Positions 27,481 through 41,411 of a stretch of 64,000 nucleotides of DNA are shown one piece after another. Every line of letters starts with the position of its first letter. Within the stretch, counting starts at the first letter, position 1. The position numbers were made by a program, and so were the translations under genes. Source of the DNA: Octopus bimaculoides (Eukaryota); contig NC_069005.1 in assembly GCF_001194135.2 (NCBI RefSeq), positions 5,733,748-5,797,747 of the forward strand, in the 5' to 3' direction. The notes below the pieces were generated by a model that made no database searches, was not told where the DNA came from, and was given only the letters and a program-made list of their open reading frames with translations.

Positions 27481-28560
27481 ATTACACATTATGTGAGTGT
27501 AATTTACACGCAACATACTCAGAGAAACGCGTACACAGTCAACAGAGTAACACATACGACAGACGCACGTACTCAGTGATGCTCATCGGAAGCTCAGACT
27601 GAGTGATGCCCATAAATGGGGCAGCAGAGTAATATCATGTGCAGCAGAGTAATATCAATGTGCTCAGCATAGTAATGATACTTTGAAAGTGTGGTCAACA
27701 GTGTTGCACGTACACTGAGCAGAGCGACAAATATACACTGCACATACTGCATACTCAGCAGATCGGCACACACACACACACACTGCTCAGCAGAGTGCGC
27801 GCGCGCACACTGCATACTCAGCAGTTACACAAATATTGAGCATCTCTTCTCCCACATTCACTTAACATAGTTGAAGTATTATGTATACATACATTACACA
27901 GAGGCTCAATACAGAGTTATATACAAGCACACGAGAATATAGTTCAGTACTAACATATTCCATACAGACATACCCATTATATTTCAGTCATATTACTCCA
28001 TACAATCCCAAAGCACATATTCCATTATAGTCAGAGACCTGCACACATTCCATATCGTCACACACATTCCATATAGCCAAACATATACAGGAACATTTTC
28101 CATATAGCCATACACACGTTCCATATAATCACAGACACATCCCAGTAACTAAGACATTCTATATAGTCATACACATTCCATATCATCATGCACAACATAC
28201 CATAGTCACTCACAATTCCATAGTCACTCATACACACCATATTATAGCCACACACACACACACAGAGGAACATATTCCAGATAGCATAATCATATTTAAG
28301 CAGAAAACTATTCCTTTTAGCCAAGCCTAGCAAGCTGTTTCTCTCACTATACACGCAACACCACAAAACATCGAACAGATGGGGAAATTTATAGAATTAT
28401 ACATCTATAACACGATTAAATTTTATATACATCTTTTCATATCAAATACACAACGTCCATTAGAAAGAATATATAGACGAGAATGTGTATCGAATGTTGA
28501 GCAATTGCCGGCAAGTATAAAAGGATATCTTTCCTTACACAGAGTCAAAAAATACTGAAT

Positions 28561-28615
<55 letters not shown>

Positions 28616-28774
28616 CACACACACACACATTTCCTCCCTCAGTCACAGCCTCTTCATTTAATATTTCTGTTTGGTTTAATATGGAACATGGGACGCATAT
28701 AGAGATCACATCAAACACACACATATGCCTCTTAGCAAATACAATAGCCGGCATATATATATATATATATATAT

Positions 28775-28821
<47 letters not shown>

Positions 28822-28972
28822 TATAGAACATTATATTATATAGAACGTACAGGAACATGTACAGATAACTTGGAATAATGTAATAAATGGATGTCAGAAG
28901 CTAACACGAGAATATCGCTTCGTAAAATCTGAATCATTATTTTAGTAGCCGGACTAAAAAAAAAGTAGTATG

Positions 28973-29015
<43 letters not shown>

Positions 29016-29400
29016 ATATCTATATATATACATACACACACACGTGTATAGAATACATTGTAATGTAGGTTTCTCTATATATATGTAGAAAACCTACTCA
29101 CATGTCCATTTAATCATACCTACCTACATATACCTGTACCTAGGAATTATCATATAAACCATCTAAATAGATATATTAAAAGCATACCCCTTCACATGAA
29201 GATTATACATACGTGTGTGAAGATATATACGTAACATTTACAATATAGCTCCATATCTCGATTTTTAAGCAGCCGGGTAAAGACCGACATATGTATAGAA
29301 CAAGACGATTACATATAACACACAATGAAACATATCTATGTGTGTTTGTGTGGATAGGTAGATAGATAGATTGAGATAGATCTGTGTGTGTGTGTGTATG

Positions 29401-29441
<41 letters not shown>

Positions 29442-30009
29442 TAGATAGATAGATAGTTACACATACATAAATGTGGGTGGAAAAGACAGTATTTAGCAGA
29501 GGGCACACGCTATAAAAGATCTAAAATTTATACAACAGACTTTTTTTTAAATAAAATACAATGATGTCTAAAGCACTTGCTTGTTTTTCATGTATTAAAA
29601 AAAAACGGCTTCAATATTTAAAAGATCTTAAAAAATACAGAGAACACAAAAGAGAGAGTACACATATATATATATAAACTTATACCTTTTATACTCTCTT
29701 TCTCTCTATAGATAGATAGATAGATAGATATATCGGTATGTGGCTATTATATAAATGCATTTGAGAGGCGGTAGCTGCCGCCGGCGGCACACATTCATCA
29801 ATTTTTGTACAACTGTTAAAAATGACAGTGAAACTGCCGCGGCTCTGGGGGAGGTGAGGCATTTTTCCTCTTCTAGGCCTTCTTCGTTTCAATTCGACAT
29901 TATTACATACATTCAATACATCCATTATCAGACACTTAATAAAATACAAATGGGGGATCATTATACAAATAAGTACGGAGATATATAGATATATATGTGT
30001 ATATATATT

Positions 30010-30762
30010 ATATATAACCGACAAAACGGCGATGGATATTAATAAAAAAAAGAAGGGGGGAGAGAAGACATCTTAAAAGACTTTCCCCCCCTCTACACTA
30101 AAAAAAAAAAAGTATTTTCGCCCCATCACCCTTGCTTATATTCTTTCTATAGGTGTACAGGATATATATATATATAAATACATGCATAGACATAGAGTTA
30201 GGAGACGTATATACAATGTAGCTGATATATATATGGATATAACCGACAAACGACAAAACGGTGATGGATATATAAAGAGAGGGGGGGGAGAAGACATCTT
30301 AAAAAAGACTTTTCCTTTCTAAATCTCATCTACATTTTGCCTCCCGAATAAACCACCACAATGTAATTCTTTTTTTCAATCCAGTATATATATATCCCCC
30401 CCCCATCCATATATTAGATATAATACAAATAGATATATATATATATACACACACACACATATAACGATGTGTAAAGTATATCTAAATACACACGAGTTAC
30501 ATATATATATATGTATATATATTTATACATGGAGCGGATATAAATATATTATACGGATTGTTACATATATAATATATATATATATATATATACACACACA
30601 TACAATGATGTGTATAGCATATCTAAATACACACGAGTTACATATATATATACATATAGCTGATATAAATATATTATACGGATTGCTATATATATATACA
30701 CACACATACAACGATGTGAATAGTATATATATCTAAAGACACACGAGTTACATATATATATG

Positions 30763-30794
<32 letters not shown>

Positions 30795-30990
30795 GAGCGG
30801 ATATAATAAATATATTATACGGATTGTTATATATATAATACATATAGATATATATATAATATATACATATGTATAACCGACAAAACGGTGATGGATATAA
30901 AGAGAGGGGGGGGGGAGAAGACATCTTAAAAAAAGACTTTTCCTTTCCTAAATCTCATCTACATTTTGCCTCCCATATAAAACCACCATA
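30010..30990. repeat. Compound tandem triplication
   Basis: Three copies of ataaccgacaaaacgg(c/t)gatggata...gagaagacatcttaaaa near 30014, 30238 and 30873, plus repeated acacacgagttacat units. Confidence 0.8.
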
Positions 30991-31165
30991 ATATAATCTC
31001 TTTTAATATACTACACGCATATTTCTTTCCCTAGCCACACAATATATATCCATCTATATACACACGCATACATGTATATTAATCATATATATATACACAC
31101 ATATATATATACATGGATGTAGCATTTCATTTCATGTCTTCTTTATCTAAGAGCAAAGATCTCAC

Positions 31166-31189
31166 CTTCTGAATTCTTTTCAATGCCAT
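31166..31189 (-). CDS. UBE2D: UBE2D first coding exon (MALKRIQK)
   Basis: acagaaATGGCATTGAAAAGAATTCAGAAG|gtgag; 24 nt, phase 0, joins exon 2 to give [29 protein letters not shown]; implies a ~24.5 kb intron. Confidence 0.9.
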
Positions 31190-31510
31190 TTCTGTTTTTG
31201 TTTTGTTGTGTCTGTTATTTTGTGAATCTTTTTTTTTTTTCTTTTTAAAGAGGGAGGGGTGTGTTGTTTTGTAAGGGGTTCTTTTTTTTTTTTTTCAAAC
31301 TGAATTTCAAAGCAAGGAAGCAGAAATTTTTTTTCCTTTCCTTTTTTTCTTTCGCCGAAAAATGTTACGCAGCTTTTCGCCTTTTTATTCCGGAATAACT
31401 ACTAAGGTCTTGCTTGTCATGCGTGGAACACTCACACCAGCGGCATCTACCGGCAGAACCGACAAGCTCACGAACGAACGACAACTCGGGAGAAAATTTC
31501 TTTACCGATG
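31190..31510 (-). promoter_or_regulatory. Probable UBE2D 5' UTR and proximal promoter
   Basis: A-rich leader with no acceptor tract before the ATG, then a CpG-rich block at 31350-31510. Confidence 0.5.
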
Positions 31511-31613
31511 CATGTATGTGTGCGCATGTACACACACATATACATATATAAATATACATACACACACATTTATATATATATCTACATATATATAGATATA
31601 GATATATATATGC

Positions 31614-31644
<31 letters not shown>

Positions 31645-31786
31645 CACACATTTATATATATATATATATATATATATACATACATATATACATTCTCATG
31701 TATATATACACATGAACATATACATACTTATACATACACATATATGTAAGCATATACATACATATACGTACCGACATTCACGTGTT

Positions 31787-31846
<60 letters not shown>

Positions 31847-31860
31847 ATCATACATCGTTC

Positions 31861-31904
<44 letters not shown>

Positions 31905-32479
31905 TATCATACATCGTTCATATATATATATATATATAAATTATTTTCTATTTATATATATATATACACATATATATGTATGTGTGGAGGAGTAAACTCT
32001 CGATCACTCAACCTTTCCATCGTTCCGCGTTTCTCTCAGTCCTTTCTTTCTTTCATGTTTTAATAATTTTTTCTTTGCTTTATTTTTTCTTTTTAATTAC
32101 CAACACGAAACAAACCTTAGCAGATCACAAATCGACTCACAGCAGTTCACTTGAACTATGGAAGACGATCGGTGTTTTAATTATTTCGAAAACTCCATCT
32201 ACACCGTCACCTTCGCCCATTATTATTAGTCTTCATACACATGCAACCGGACTCGCATTCAAATGTTAATACTCATCGTGTAATTTTTATATTCCGGAAT
32301 TAGAGGGGTGGGGGTGGAAAAATAATAACTTAGGTAAAATTTAAAGATTAAAATAATTATAAATCATAGTAAAAATAAATAGATCTTACACGTTCGCTCC
32401 TTTAAAATTTATGATAAAAGTAAATATATTTACATTAATTTATTTCTCATATTCGTTTTAAATAATTAAAAAGATTTGA

Positions 32480-32576
<97 letters not shown>

Positions 32577-33037
32577 TACATATACATACATTCATACATA
32601 CATACATATTACACACAGTATGTTGAGTATAACAGACACACGCGTTTAAGCTTTATTTCAATGAGCAATAATACCTTCAGTTTAGCGACAGTAAACATTA
32701 ATTACTTCATTATTTATTAAAATAAAGAGAAATACAAAATTTATTTCATTCGTAAATTTTTCTTACGAATACAAAAAAAAATCCGACCTACATAAAAAAA
32801 TAATTTTTTAAAGCGCGAATGTTATACCATATTTTTTTGGTAGAATTTCCCTCCCATACATGGCTTCTAACAATTTCTATAACAGACACCATACTTTTGA
32901 GAAATTATTCACCGAAATTACCCCCCATTATCATCTTAGCTAACCTTAATATAATTATTAGAGATGAATTTCAACAGAGGTTAGAGATTTAAGAGATAAA
33001 TCGATGATACAGTTAATAAACATGTCACGGAAAAAGC

Positions 33038-33440
33038 CATCACTTATTCAAGACTGACGAGGTTATCTTTCCTTACTTTCAACCGTGTGACTCCAGCATG
33101 TATTCTCTCTCTCTTTCTCTCTCTAACCCTCTGTCTCTCACACACACACTCTCTCTTTCTCTCCGGTCTGGCCTTCATAATTGAACCAGCCGCTCTATCG
33201 CTTTCTAGCTTCTCACATCAGTTTCTCATTTGGTTGTCTGCTTCTCTGAGTTTAAGAAGAGAGAGACAGTGAGAAATAGGCTTTCGAATAAATTCGATAA
33301 GACATCACTTATTCCCGACCGACGGGGTTATCTTTCCTTACTTTCAACCGTGTGACACCAGGATGTATTTTCTCTCTCTCTCTCAGGTCTTGCCTTCATA
33401 ATTGAAGGCCTGAGAATGAGAAATAGGCTTTCGAATTCGA
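33038..33440. repeat. Local tandem duplication (two diverged copies)
   Basis: catcacttatt...gttatctttccttactttcaaccgtgtgac...gccttcataattgaa...gagaaataggctttcgaat occurs from 33038 and from 33303. Confidence 0.85.
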
Positions 33441-33512
33441 TTTAACCTCAGAAAATCTTTTAAGATTATTTACACACGCGCAAACCTACCTACATTTCAA
33501 TCTATATGAGTA

Positions 33513-33547
<35 letters not shown>

Positions 33548-33630
33548 CTATCAATCTGTCTATGTATCTCTCTCTCTCTCAGTATGTATACATATGTGTG
33601 TGTGTGTGTATACATATATATATATGTTTC

Positions 33631-33662
<32 letters not shown>

Positions 33663-33676
33663 GATATGAATATATG

Positions 33677-33762
<86 letters not shown>

Positions 33763-35599
33763 TGAATATATGTATGTATGTATATATATACATGCATATA
33801 TATATATATGTATGTATATATATATATATATGCATATACTTATATATAACATCATTTTACATCTGTTTTCCCTTCCTCCATTGGTTGGACAGGCCAGCCC
33901 CAGTGCACATCTGCAAAAGTATTGGTTGCTACTTTCTGTATATAAGAGCAGGAATTCCAGCTTAGCTCCAAATGACCAAGACCATATCTGCCACTGAAGA
34001 GGTGATATCACACCAAAACATTGTATCTGGTAGTCTCCTGACATCACTCAGTGCTTGATTTGATGTTTTCACTCATAAAGTTTGGAGGGAGAATATTTTT
34101 CTGCAAAACACAATTCTGCACCAAATGCTTTTCACATTCTACTGTAACTCATCACTGCCCACTTTTCGATGCTTGCATGGGTCAGACTGTTATGAAATAC
34201 ATACTACCCTAACTTATGGCTTGGGTGCTATCTTCTTTCATTTGTTCAGTCACTCGTGTCTATGTGAGTGTGTGTATGTATGTATGCATGTATGTATGTA
34301 TGTATGTATATATATATATATATATATATNNNNNNNNNNNNNNNNNNNNNNNNNNNNNNNNNNNNNNNNNNNNNNNNNNNNNNNNNNNNNNNNNNNNNNN
34401 NNNNNNNNNNNNNNNNNNNNNNNNNNNNNNNNNNNNNNNNNNNNNNNNNNNNNNNNNNNNNNNNNNNNNNNNNNNNNNNNNNNNNNNNNNNNNNNNNNNN
34501 NNNNNNNNNNNNNNNNNNNNNNNNNNNNNNNNNNNNNNNNNNNNNNNNNNNNNNNNNNNNNNNNNNNNNNNNNNNNNNNNNNNNNNNNNNNNNNNNNNNN
34601 NNNNNNNNNNNNNNNNNNNNNNNNNNNNNNNNNNNNNNNNNNNNNNNNNNNNNNNNNNNNNNNNNNNNNNNNNNNNNNNNNNNNNNNNNNNNNNNNNNNN
34701 NNNNNNNNNNNNNNNNNNNNNNNNNNNNNNNNNNNNNNNNNNNNNNNNNNNNNNNNNNNNNNNNNNNNNNNNNNNNNNNNNNNNNNNNNNNNNNNNNNNN
34801 NNNNNNNNNNNNNNNNNNNNNNNNNNNNNNNNNNNNNNNNNNNNNNNNNNNNNNNNNNNNNNNNNNNNNNNNNNNNNNNNNNNNNNNNNNNNNNNNNNNN
34901 NNNNNNNNNNNNNNNNNNNNNNNNNNNNNNNNNNNNNNNNNNNNNNNNNNNNNNNNNNNNNNNNNNNNNNNNNNNNNNNNNNNNNNNNNNNNNNNNNNNN
35001 NNNNNNNNTATATATATATATATGTATATACACACACACATTGCTACATATATAACTTAAGGTTAGCAATGAAAAACCAGGAGCTGCAGTTTTGGGGCCA
35101 GGAGAATCCCTTTTTTTTTAGAGGTATTGTATTAATAAATCACAATGTACTTCAAAGCAATGCAAAAAGAAATCAACCCAGATGTGATCATGAGAGGAAC
35201 AAGTTCATTTCACTATTGTTGTGGTTTGTCAGCGACAGATAATCATGTCACTTCTGAAACATGGGTGAGTCAGCAGGTGTGAAGTACGTAGAGAAGTACA
35301 TAGTCTGAAGTACGTAGATATAGTGTATACACTGGTTTTTAAAGGCACTGCATATGCTGAATAAATTCAAACTCTGCAACAGAAACAGCTCCAGAGCCAG
35401 ACAGATAGATAGATAGATATACATACAAGGATCTTCTTTCAGTTTCTGTCAACCAAATCTCCTCATAAGGCTTTGGCTGACCCAGGGCTATAGTATAGTA
35501 GAAGATACTTTCCCAAGGCATTACGCAAAGCAGACTTCTTACCAAACAACCAGGCCTGCATCTTTGTTCCCCATATTTTCCTCGTGTGACCAAGCCTGT

Positions 35600-36480
35600 C
35601 TCTTATAGCATTATCTACAGCACTTTTCTACCACAATGTCACCTTCCAAATTATTACTTCCTTACACCAATCACAGATCTCTCCTGTCTTGCTTTCAGCA
35701 GGTTGCCATGTAGAAATTCCCATTTTTTCTCTATGTAGTCAGTCTCAAACTCTATTTGATTTTTCAAATGCCATATTTTCAGTGTATTACATAACGTAAA
35801 CATGTAGCACAAACATACAAACATCGTCACTATCTTTCCAAGTCCTGCTGCATTTCACATGGAATTTTTTGGTCCTCCAAAGGTCTTTTTGGAACATAAA
35901 TCGACCTACCTTTTTTGGCTAAAAAATTCAACTGATGTACCAGAGAGTATGGCACTCCAAATACATGTCCAAGAACTCTTACAGCTCAATGGTGCATTAA
36001 GCTTTCATATCTTCCTTCTCCAAACCATTTTGTTTGTATAGGTCCGAAATTACTAACCCCTAAACCTATATTGTGAGGTACATTCATTGACAGGAAAAGA
36101 CTATCTGTCTCTTCCATTTTCTGACATGAATAAACTTTACCCTAATTTCTTTATTTCGATGACTGGTAGGTCATAAGATGCTACAGAAGTTACTTTTCTA
36201 CATGTTTAGGTCATTTACATTGCAGAACTAAGACCCTTGATACTCCACACTCATTGTACCATATCCATGGCCTTCCGGTATACATTGGAAGCTATTATTG
36301 TGTGTTGTCCTACATGTTCAATAGCCACATGTTTGTTAAAGTTGCCAGGGGCAATAATGAGATCACTGTCATTCATCAATGAGGTCATCTGCTGAAAGGC
36401 CTCTTACAAGTTGTTCTCCAGCTCACATACATGTCTGGTAATGGTGTGTATGTGGAAGTTAATGTCACTATTGGATTGTT
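35600..36480 (-). mobile_element. Decayed LINE apurinic-like endonuclease region (RTE-type)
   Basis: Minus strand gives DLIIAPGNFNKHV (GDFNxHVG motif) followed by GHGYGT and FCNVNDL; many frameshifts. Confidence 0.6.
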
Positions 36481-37223
36481 GAATTGTCAATAAATAGCCT
36501 AAGCTTAATTATCATGTGCATGCATGTGTGTGTGTGTGTGTATGTCTATCTATCTATCTATTTATCTATCTATCTGTCTGTCCGTCTATCTATCAATCTA
36601 TCTATCTATCTGTCTATCTAACTATCTACTTATCTATCTCTATATAGGCATTAATAACTATATGTTTGGTTGGTAAGAAGCCTGCTTTCTAATCATGTGG
36701 TTCTAGGTTCAGTCCCACTGTGTGCCACCTTGGACATGTGTCTGAGGGAAACTGAAAGAAGCTTCTTGTATATATATATATATNNNNNNNNNNNNNNNNN
36801 NNNNNNNNNNNNNNNNNNNNNNNNNNNNNNNNNNNNNNNNNNNNNNNNNNNNNNNNNNNNNNNNNNNNNNNNNNNNNNNNNNNNNNNNNNNNNNNNNNNN
36901 NNNNNNNNNNNNNNNNNNNNNNNNNNNNNNNNNNNNNNNNNNNNNNNNNNNNNNNNNNNNNNNNNNNNNNNNNNNNNNNNNNNNNNNNNNNNNNNNNNNN
37001 NNNNNNNNNNNNNNNNNNNNNNNNNNNNNNNGCCAGATAACTGAAGAGATGTTGGCGTGGGTTCCCACCCCGGCATCCGAAACTCGGAGTTTTTATCATG
37101 GCTACCAAATAAGTGTCACATATTATTTACAGATAAATTCCTCTATTTTCATAATATCGAGGTCTCTTTCTTTCTTTTGTTGTCTTTTCTCTCTTTCTCT
37201 CTCTCTCTATATATATATAGATG

Positions 37224-37560
37224 AAGGAGTGGCTGTGTGGTAAGTAGCCTGCTTCCCAACCACATGGTTCTGGGTTCAGTCCTACTGCATGGCACCTTGG
37301 GCAAGTGTCTTCTACTATAATCTCAGGCCGACCAAAGTCTTGTGAGTGGATTTGGTAAGACGGAATTTGTATTTGTCCCCCCAGCCCCACATCGCTTGAC
37401 TACCGATGTTGGTGTGTTTACGTCCACGAAACTTACCAGTTCGGCAAAAAGAGACCGATAGAATAAGTACTAGGCTTACAAAGAATAAGTCCTGGGGTCG
37501 ACTGGTTCGACTAAAGACGGTGCTCCAGCATCGCCGCAGTTAAATAACTGAAACAAGTAA
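37224..37560 (+). mobile_element. tRNA-derived SINE family 1, best preserved copy
   Basis: A-box-like TGGCTGTGTGGTAAG, B-box-like GGTTCAGTCC, conserved body and ctgaaacaagtaa tail. Confidence 0.85.
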
Positions 37561-38369
37561 GATCGAGGAGGAAAGTAAAAAAAAAATACATGCTTTTATT
37601 GTTAATTAGCAGAACATCACAAAAAAATCAACAAAAATAAAATCGGTATGTAATATAATTCATCCATTAAGTAATATTTCTGTTTGTTCCACCAAAGCTC
37701 TGCGTGTTTGTGTATAGAAAGAGAGCTGGAGAGAGGAAGAGAGGGAGAAGAAATGTCATTGTTGGGTCTTTGCATTTCCTTGGATTTAAATCCACCAATG
37801 CATGGAAATGGCAGCGTTTTAAAGTGCAAAGCACTCTGAAGGAATGTTCTACTAAGGCTTTGTACCCTAATACATGCCCGCGCGAACACACTGTGTGCGT
37901 GCGTGTGTATATATANNNNNNNNNNNNNNNNNNNNNNNNNNNNNNNNNNNNNNNNNNNNNNNNNNNNNNNNNNNNNNNNNNNNNNNNNNNNNNNNNNNNN
38001 NNNNNNNNNNNNNNNNNNNNNNNNNNNNNNNNNNNNNNNNNNNNNNNNNNNNNNNNNNNNNNNNNNNNNNNNNNNNNNNNNNNNNNNNNNNNNNNNNNNN
38101 NNNNNNNNNNNNNNNNNNNNNNNNNNNNNNNNNNNNNNNNNNNNNNNNNNNNNNNNNNNNNNNNNNNNNNNNNNNNNNNNNNNNNNNNNNNNNNNNNNNN
38201 NNNNNNNNNNNNNNNNNNNNNNNNNNNNNNNNNNNNNNNNNNNNNNNNNNNNNNNNNNNNNNNNNNNNNNNNNNNNNNNNNNNNNNNNNNNNNNNNNNNN
38301 NNNNNNNNNNNNNNNNNNNNNNNNNNNNNNNNNNNNNNNNNNNNNNNNNNNNNNNNNNNNNNNNNNTAC

Positions 38370-38429
<60 letters not shown>

Positions 38430-39199
38430 GTGGGGTGTACACACAATGTTGTATTAACAAGCGATGTACCGATTGCCCTGCATACACACACACAGACATG
38501 TTATATTTACATCATATGTTATATTATATCATATCTTTCGTTTTAGCGGGCACCCCGTTGTTAAGTGGGCGGGTGGTTATTTCGGCGAATTGAAACACGC
38601 TAACCCACTCCAATTTTTGATTTCGTGTTCGAAGGAACCACCTAATGTGTGTAACCCTTAACGAGCTTCAAACCAATCTTTTCTGTTTGGAGATTTGCAT
38701 TCAAAGTAATTACAATATTAACTAGGTTAAAAAACAAAAACAAATCCAATTAGGTAGGTAAATACAAAAAAGAAAAAATGTTCTTTACGCGAGTATCAAA
38801 AATAAACAAAAATTATTCATTTAAATAGTAAAGGTGGTTTTATTGTGTGTGTACGTGTGTATTTATTATAACATGCATTAAGAATTAAGCCTATACAGAC
38901 TTTTAACATCACAGCGGTAGTCTTTTGTCAGTAAGTTTAATGCTTTTAATGCCATGCCGAGTTAAAATCCGGTTTATATATGTCTCTAAGAATTTTATGA
39001 ATCGATTACAAGTTTACTCGGAAATTTTACACGATTTGAACCTATCACGCTATGTTCCAAGTTAAGCGGAAGCACTGTTTGTCTACTTGTCCAACAAACG
39101 ATGTGTGTGTGTATATATACATATATTTATGCCTACACACAATTTATCTCTCTACCTATATGTATATATACACACACAGAGGAACACCCACATGTGTGC

Positions 39200-39254
<55 letters not shown>

Positions 39255-40928
39255 AGGAATGAATATTGTGCTTATATTGAGAATTTTCATCACATATGTA
39301 AAGGAAAAAAGAATGTTTATAGTTATATATAAGTTTGTGAATGATGCATATACGCTCGTGTTTGACAAAAACCACCCGGGTGTAAAGCGGGTCACCATAG
39401 AAGGTTCGAGTTTGTTGAACCGTTACTCAGTGTTTGCTGCTTGTCTTTCTCATTCGTTTTGGTCATCACCCCTCCCCTTCCATACATGGATTCTTTTTTT
39501 TTTTTGTTTCACTGCAGACCTGACTTATTCATGAGGAACAAAAACCAGTTTGAAATGAATGAGAAGAAAGTATGTAGTATGTATGTGTCTTGTTAACAAA
39601 AACTGAACCCTCGTTTAGGCCGAACATTTACTCCGAAATACTTTAAACATTTTGATATTAATTTCTTTTGCGGCGTACACGATGAGCCGGTGCGAAACGA
39701 GAATCTGGGGGCGTTCAATCTCAGAACTTTTATTTTCTGTATCTCCTTTCTATATTTATTTCTTCGTCTTACACAATCTTTCATTCACGGTACCCCTGTC
39801 ACTTCCTATCTCTCTATAAAGCCATATTTTTATCGGCATATCTTTCGCTTTCCACTTGCAGTCTGTTTCTCTCTCTATCACTCTGGCTTTATCTCACTTA
39901 TGCTTACGTTGTTTCCAATTTTCCACTTCCCCCTCTCGCTCAATCTCTCTCTCTTTCTCTCTAATTGTTTACTCTCGCGCATACCATCTCTGCATCACTG
40001 TAAATTCTTTACAGAAGAATTTAAATTTAGAGGTAGAGAGTGGGTCGTTGAGTTGACGTGTGTGTAGCTGGAAGAAATGGAACCCTTGCCTTCGTCTGTC
40101 AACGAATCCGTTAACCATCACTACCATCTACATTAAGATCACAACCTCGACCACCACCTCAGCCCACGAAACGGAAAGAAGTATGGTAGGCCTAACATGC
40201 CATCTAGTTTCAAGGGAAAGCCTAAGTGATCATTCATCCGGCTATAAATAGCGGCCAAATCTCTCTCGAAATGCACCCTACCAAACTTCCCGAAAAATAA
40301 AGAACATTGTGAACGTGTAGTCCGAGATATGTTAGGCCTAAAATTAAAATGGCAGGAATACCTTTAAAACAATAATAACACCTAACTTTGATGATTTTAG
40401 TAAAGTTTGATGTTTCAAAATTATGCAATCTGCTGCCGCCTGTAACTGTACATACTTTTGAGTGTTATGGCCAAATGCTTCCAACAGAAACGGAACCACC
40501 ACTAAATATAAGGCGGAGGTAAAGAATACACACACCACACGTTTTCGGTGCAACCCTAACCCTATCCCTAAACGCCGGGTGTGCATATTCTTTACCTTCA
40601 CCTAAATATGGTGCCCAGAAATTGTGGCTATTATGATCGCATAGTCTATATTTTTCTACAAATTCCTCAGACTACTACAGGTGTTTATACCATCTCTATT
40701 TCTGCACCATTGAACATGTCTGCTCCAACACACTTCCTACAGAATGCAGAACAATGGACGAACCAACAAACAGCTATCAATTTTGGTCACTTGATTGGTT
40801 AGAAATGTTGTTGAATTTGCCTTCAAATCATGGCCTGCCATTTTGAGAAAGGAAACGTCACGGAGTATAATGTAGGACATGTCACTTTAGTGTGCAGTCT
40901 ACCTGGCCATTTGCACTTTAACATAGTG

Positions 40929-41047
40929 CCTAATCCTGACCCTAACTCTAACCCTAACCCTAACTCAAGACCCTGACCCTAACCCAAACCTATACCTCTA
41001 ACCGACTCATAACCCTTAATCTTAAACCTTAACTCTAATCCTAACCC
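40929..41047. repeat. Degenerate (CCCTAA)n telomere-like tract
   Basis: cctaatcctgaccctaactctaaccctaaccctaac...ctaaccc. Confidence 0.7.
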
Positions 41048-41078
41048 AGATCAAGTTGTTTTGCAATATAGACTACAG

Positions 41079-41250
41079 CTAAGGCAGCGAGCTGGCTGAA
41101 ACGTTAGCACTTCAGGTGAAATGCTTAGCGGTATTGTGTCTGCCTTTACATTCTGAGTTCAAATTCCGCTGAGGTCAACTTTGCCTTTCATCCTTTCAGG
41201 GTCAATAAATTAAGTACCAGTTGTGTACTGCGGTTGATCTAATCGACTGG
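41079..41250 (+). mobile_element. tRNA-derived SINE family 2
   Basis: ctaaggcagcgagctgg...gagttcaaattccg...tttgcctttcatcc; other copies at 42185, 56030, 59400 and 63944. Confidence 0.8.
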
Positions 41251-41411
41251 GAAAAGACCATAGACTACAGCTACTCTCGTAGACCACTTGCTAAAGTAGC
41301 AACATGATGGATCCTTATTTCTTTCAGTAATCAGTATTTCTGATATGACTATTCAACTCATATCAAGAAAACATCACTGTAGTGCACTTCCTCTAAACAT
41401 GTGTGATGAAG

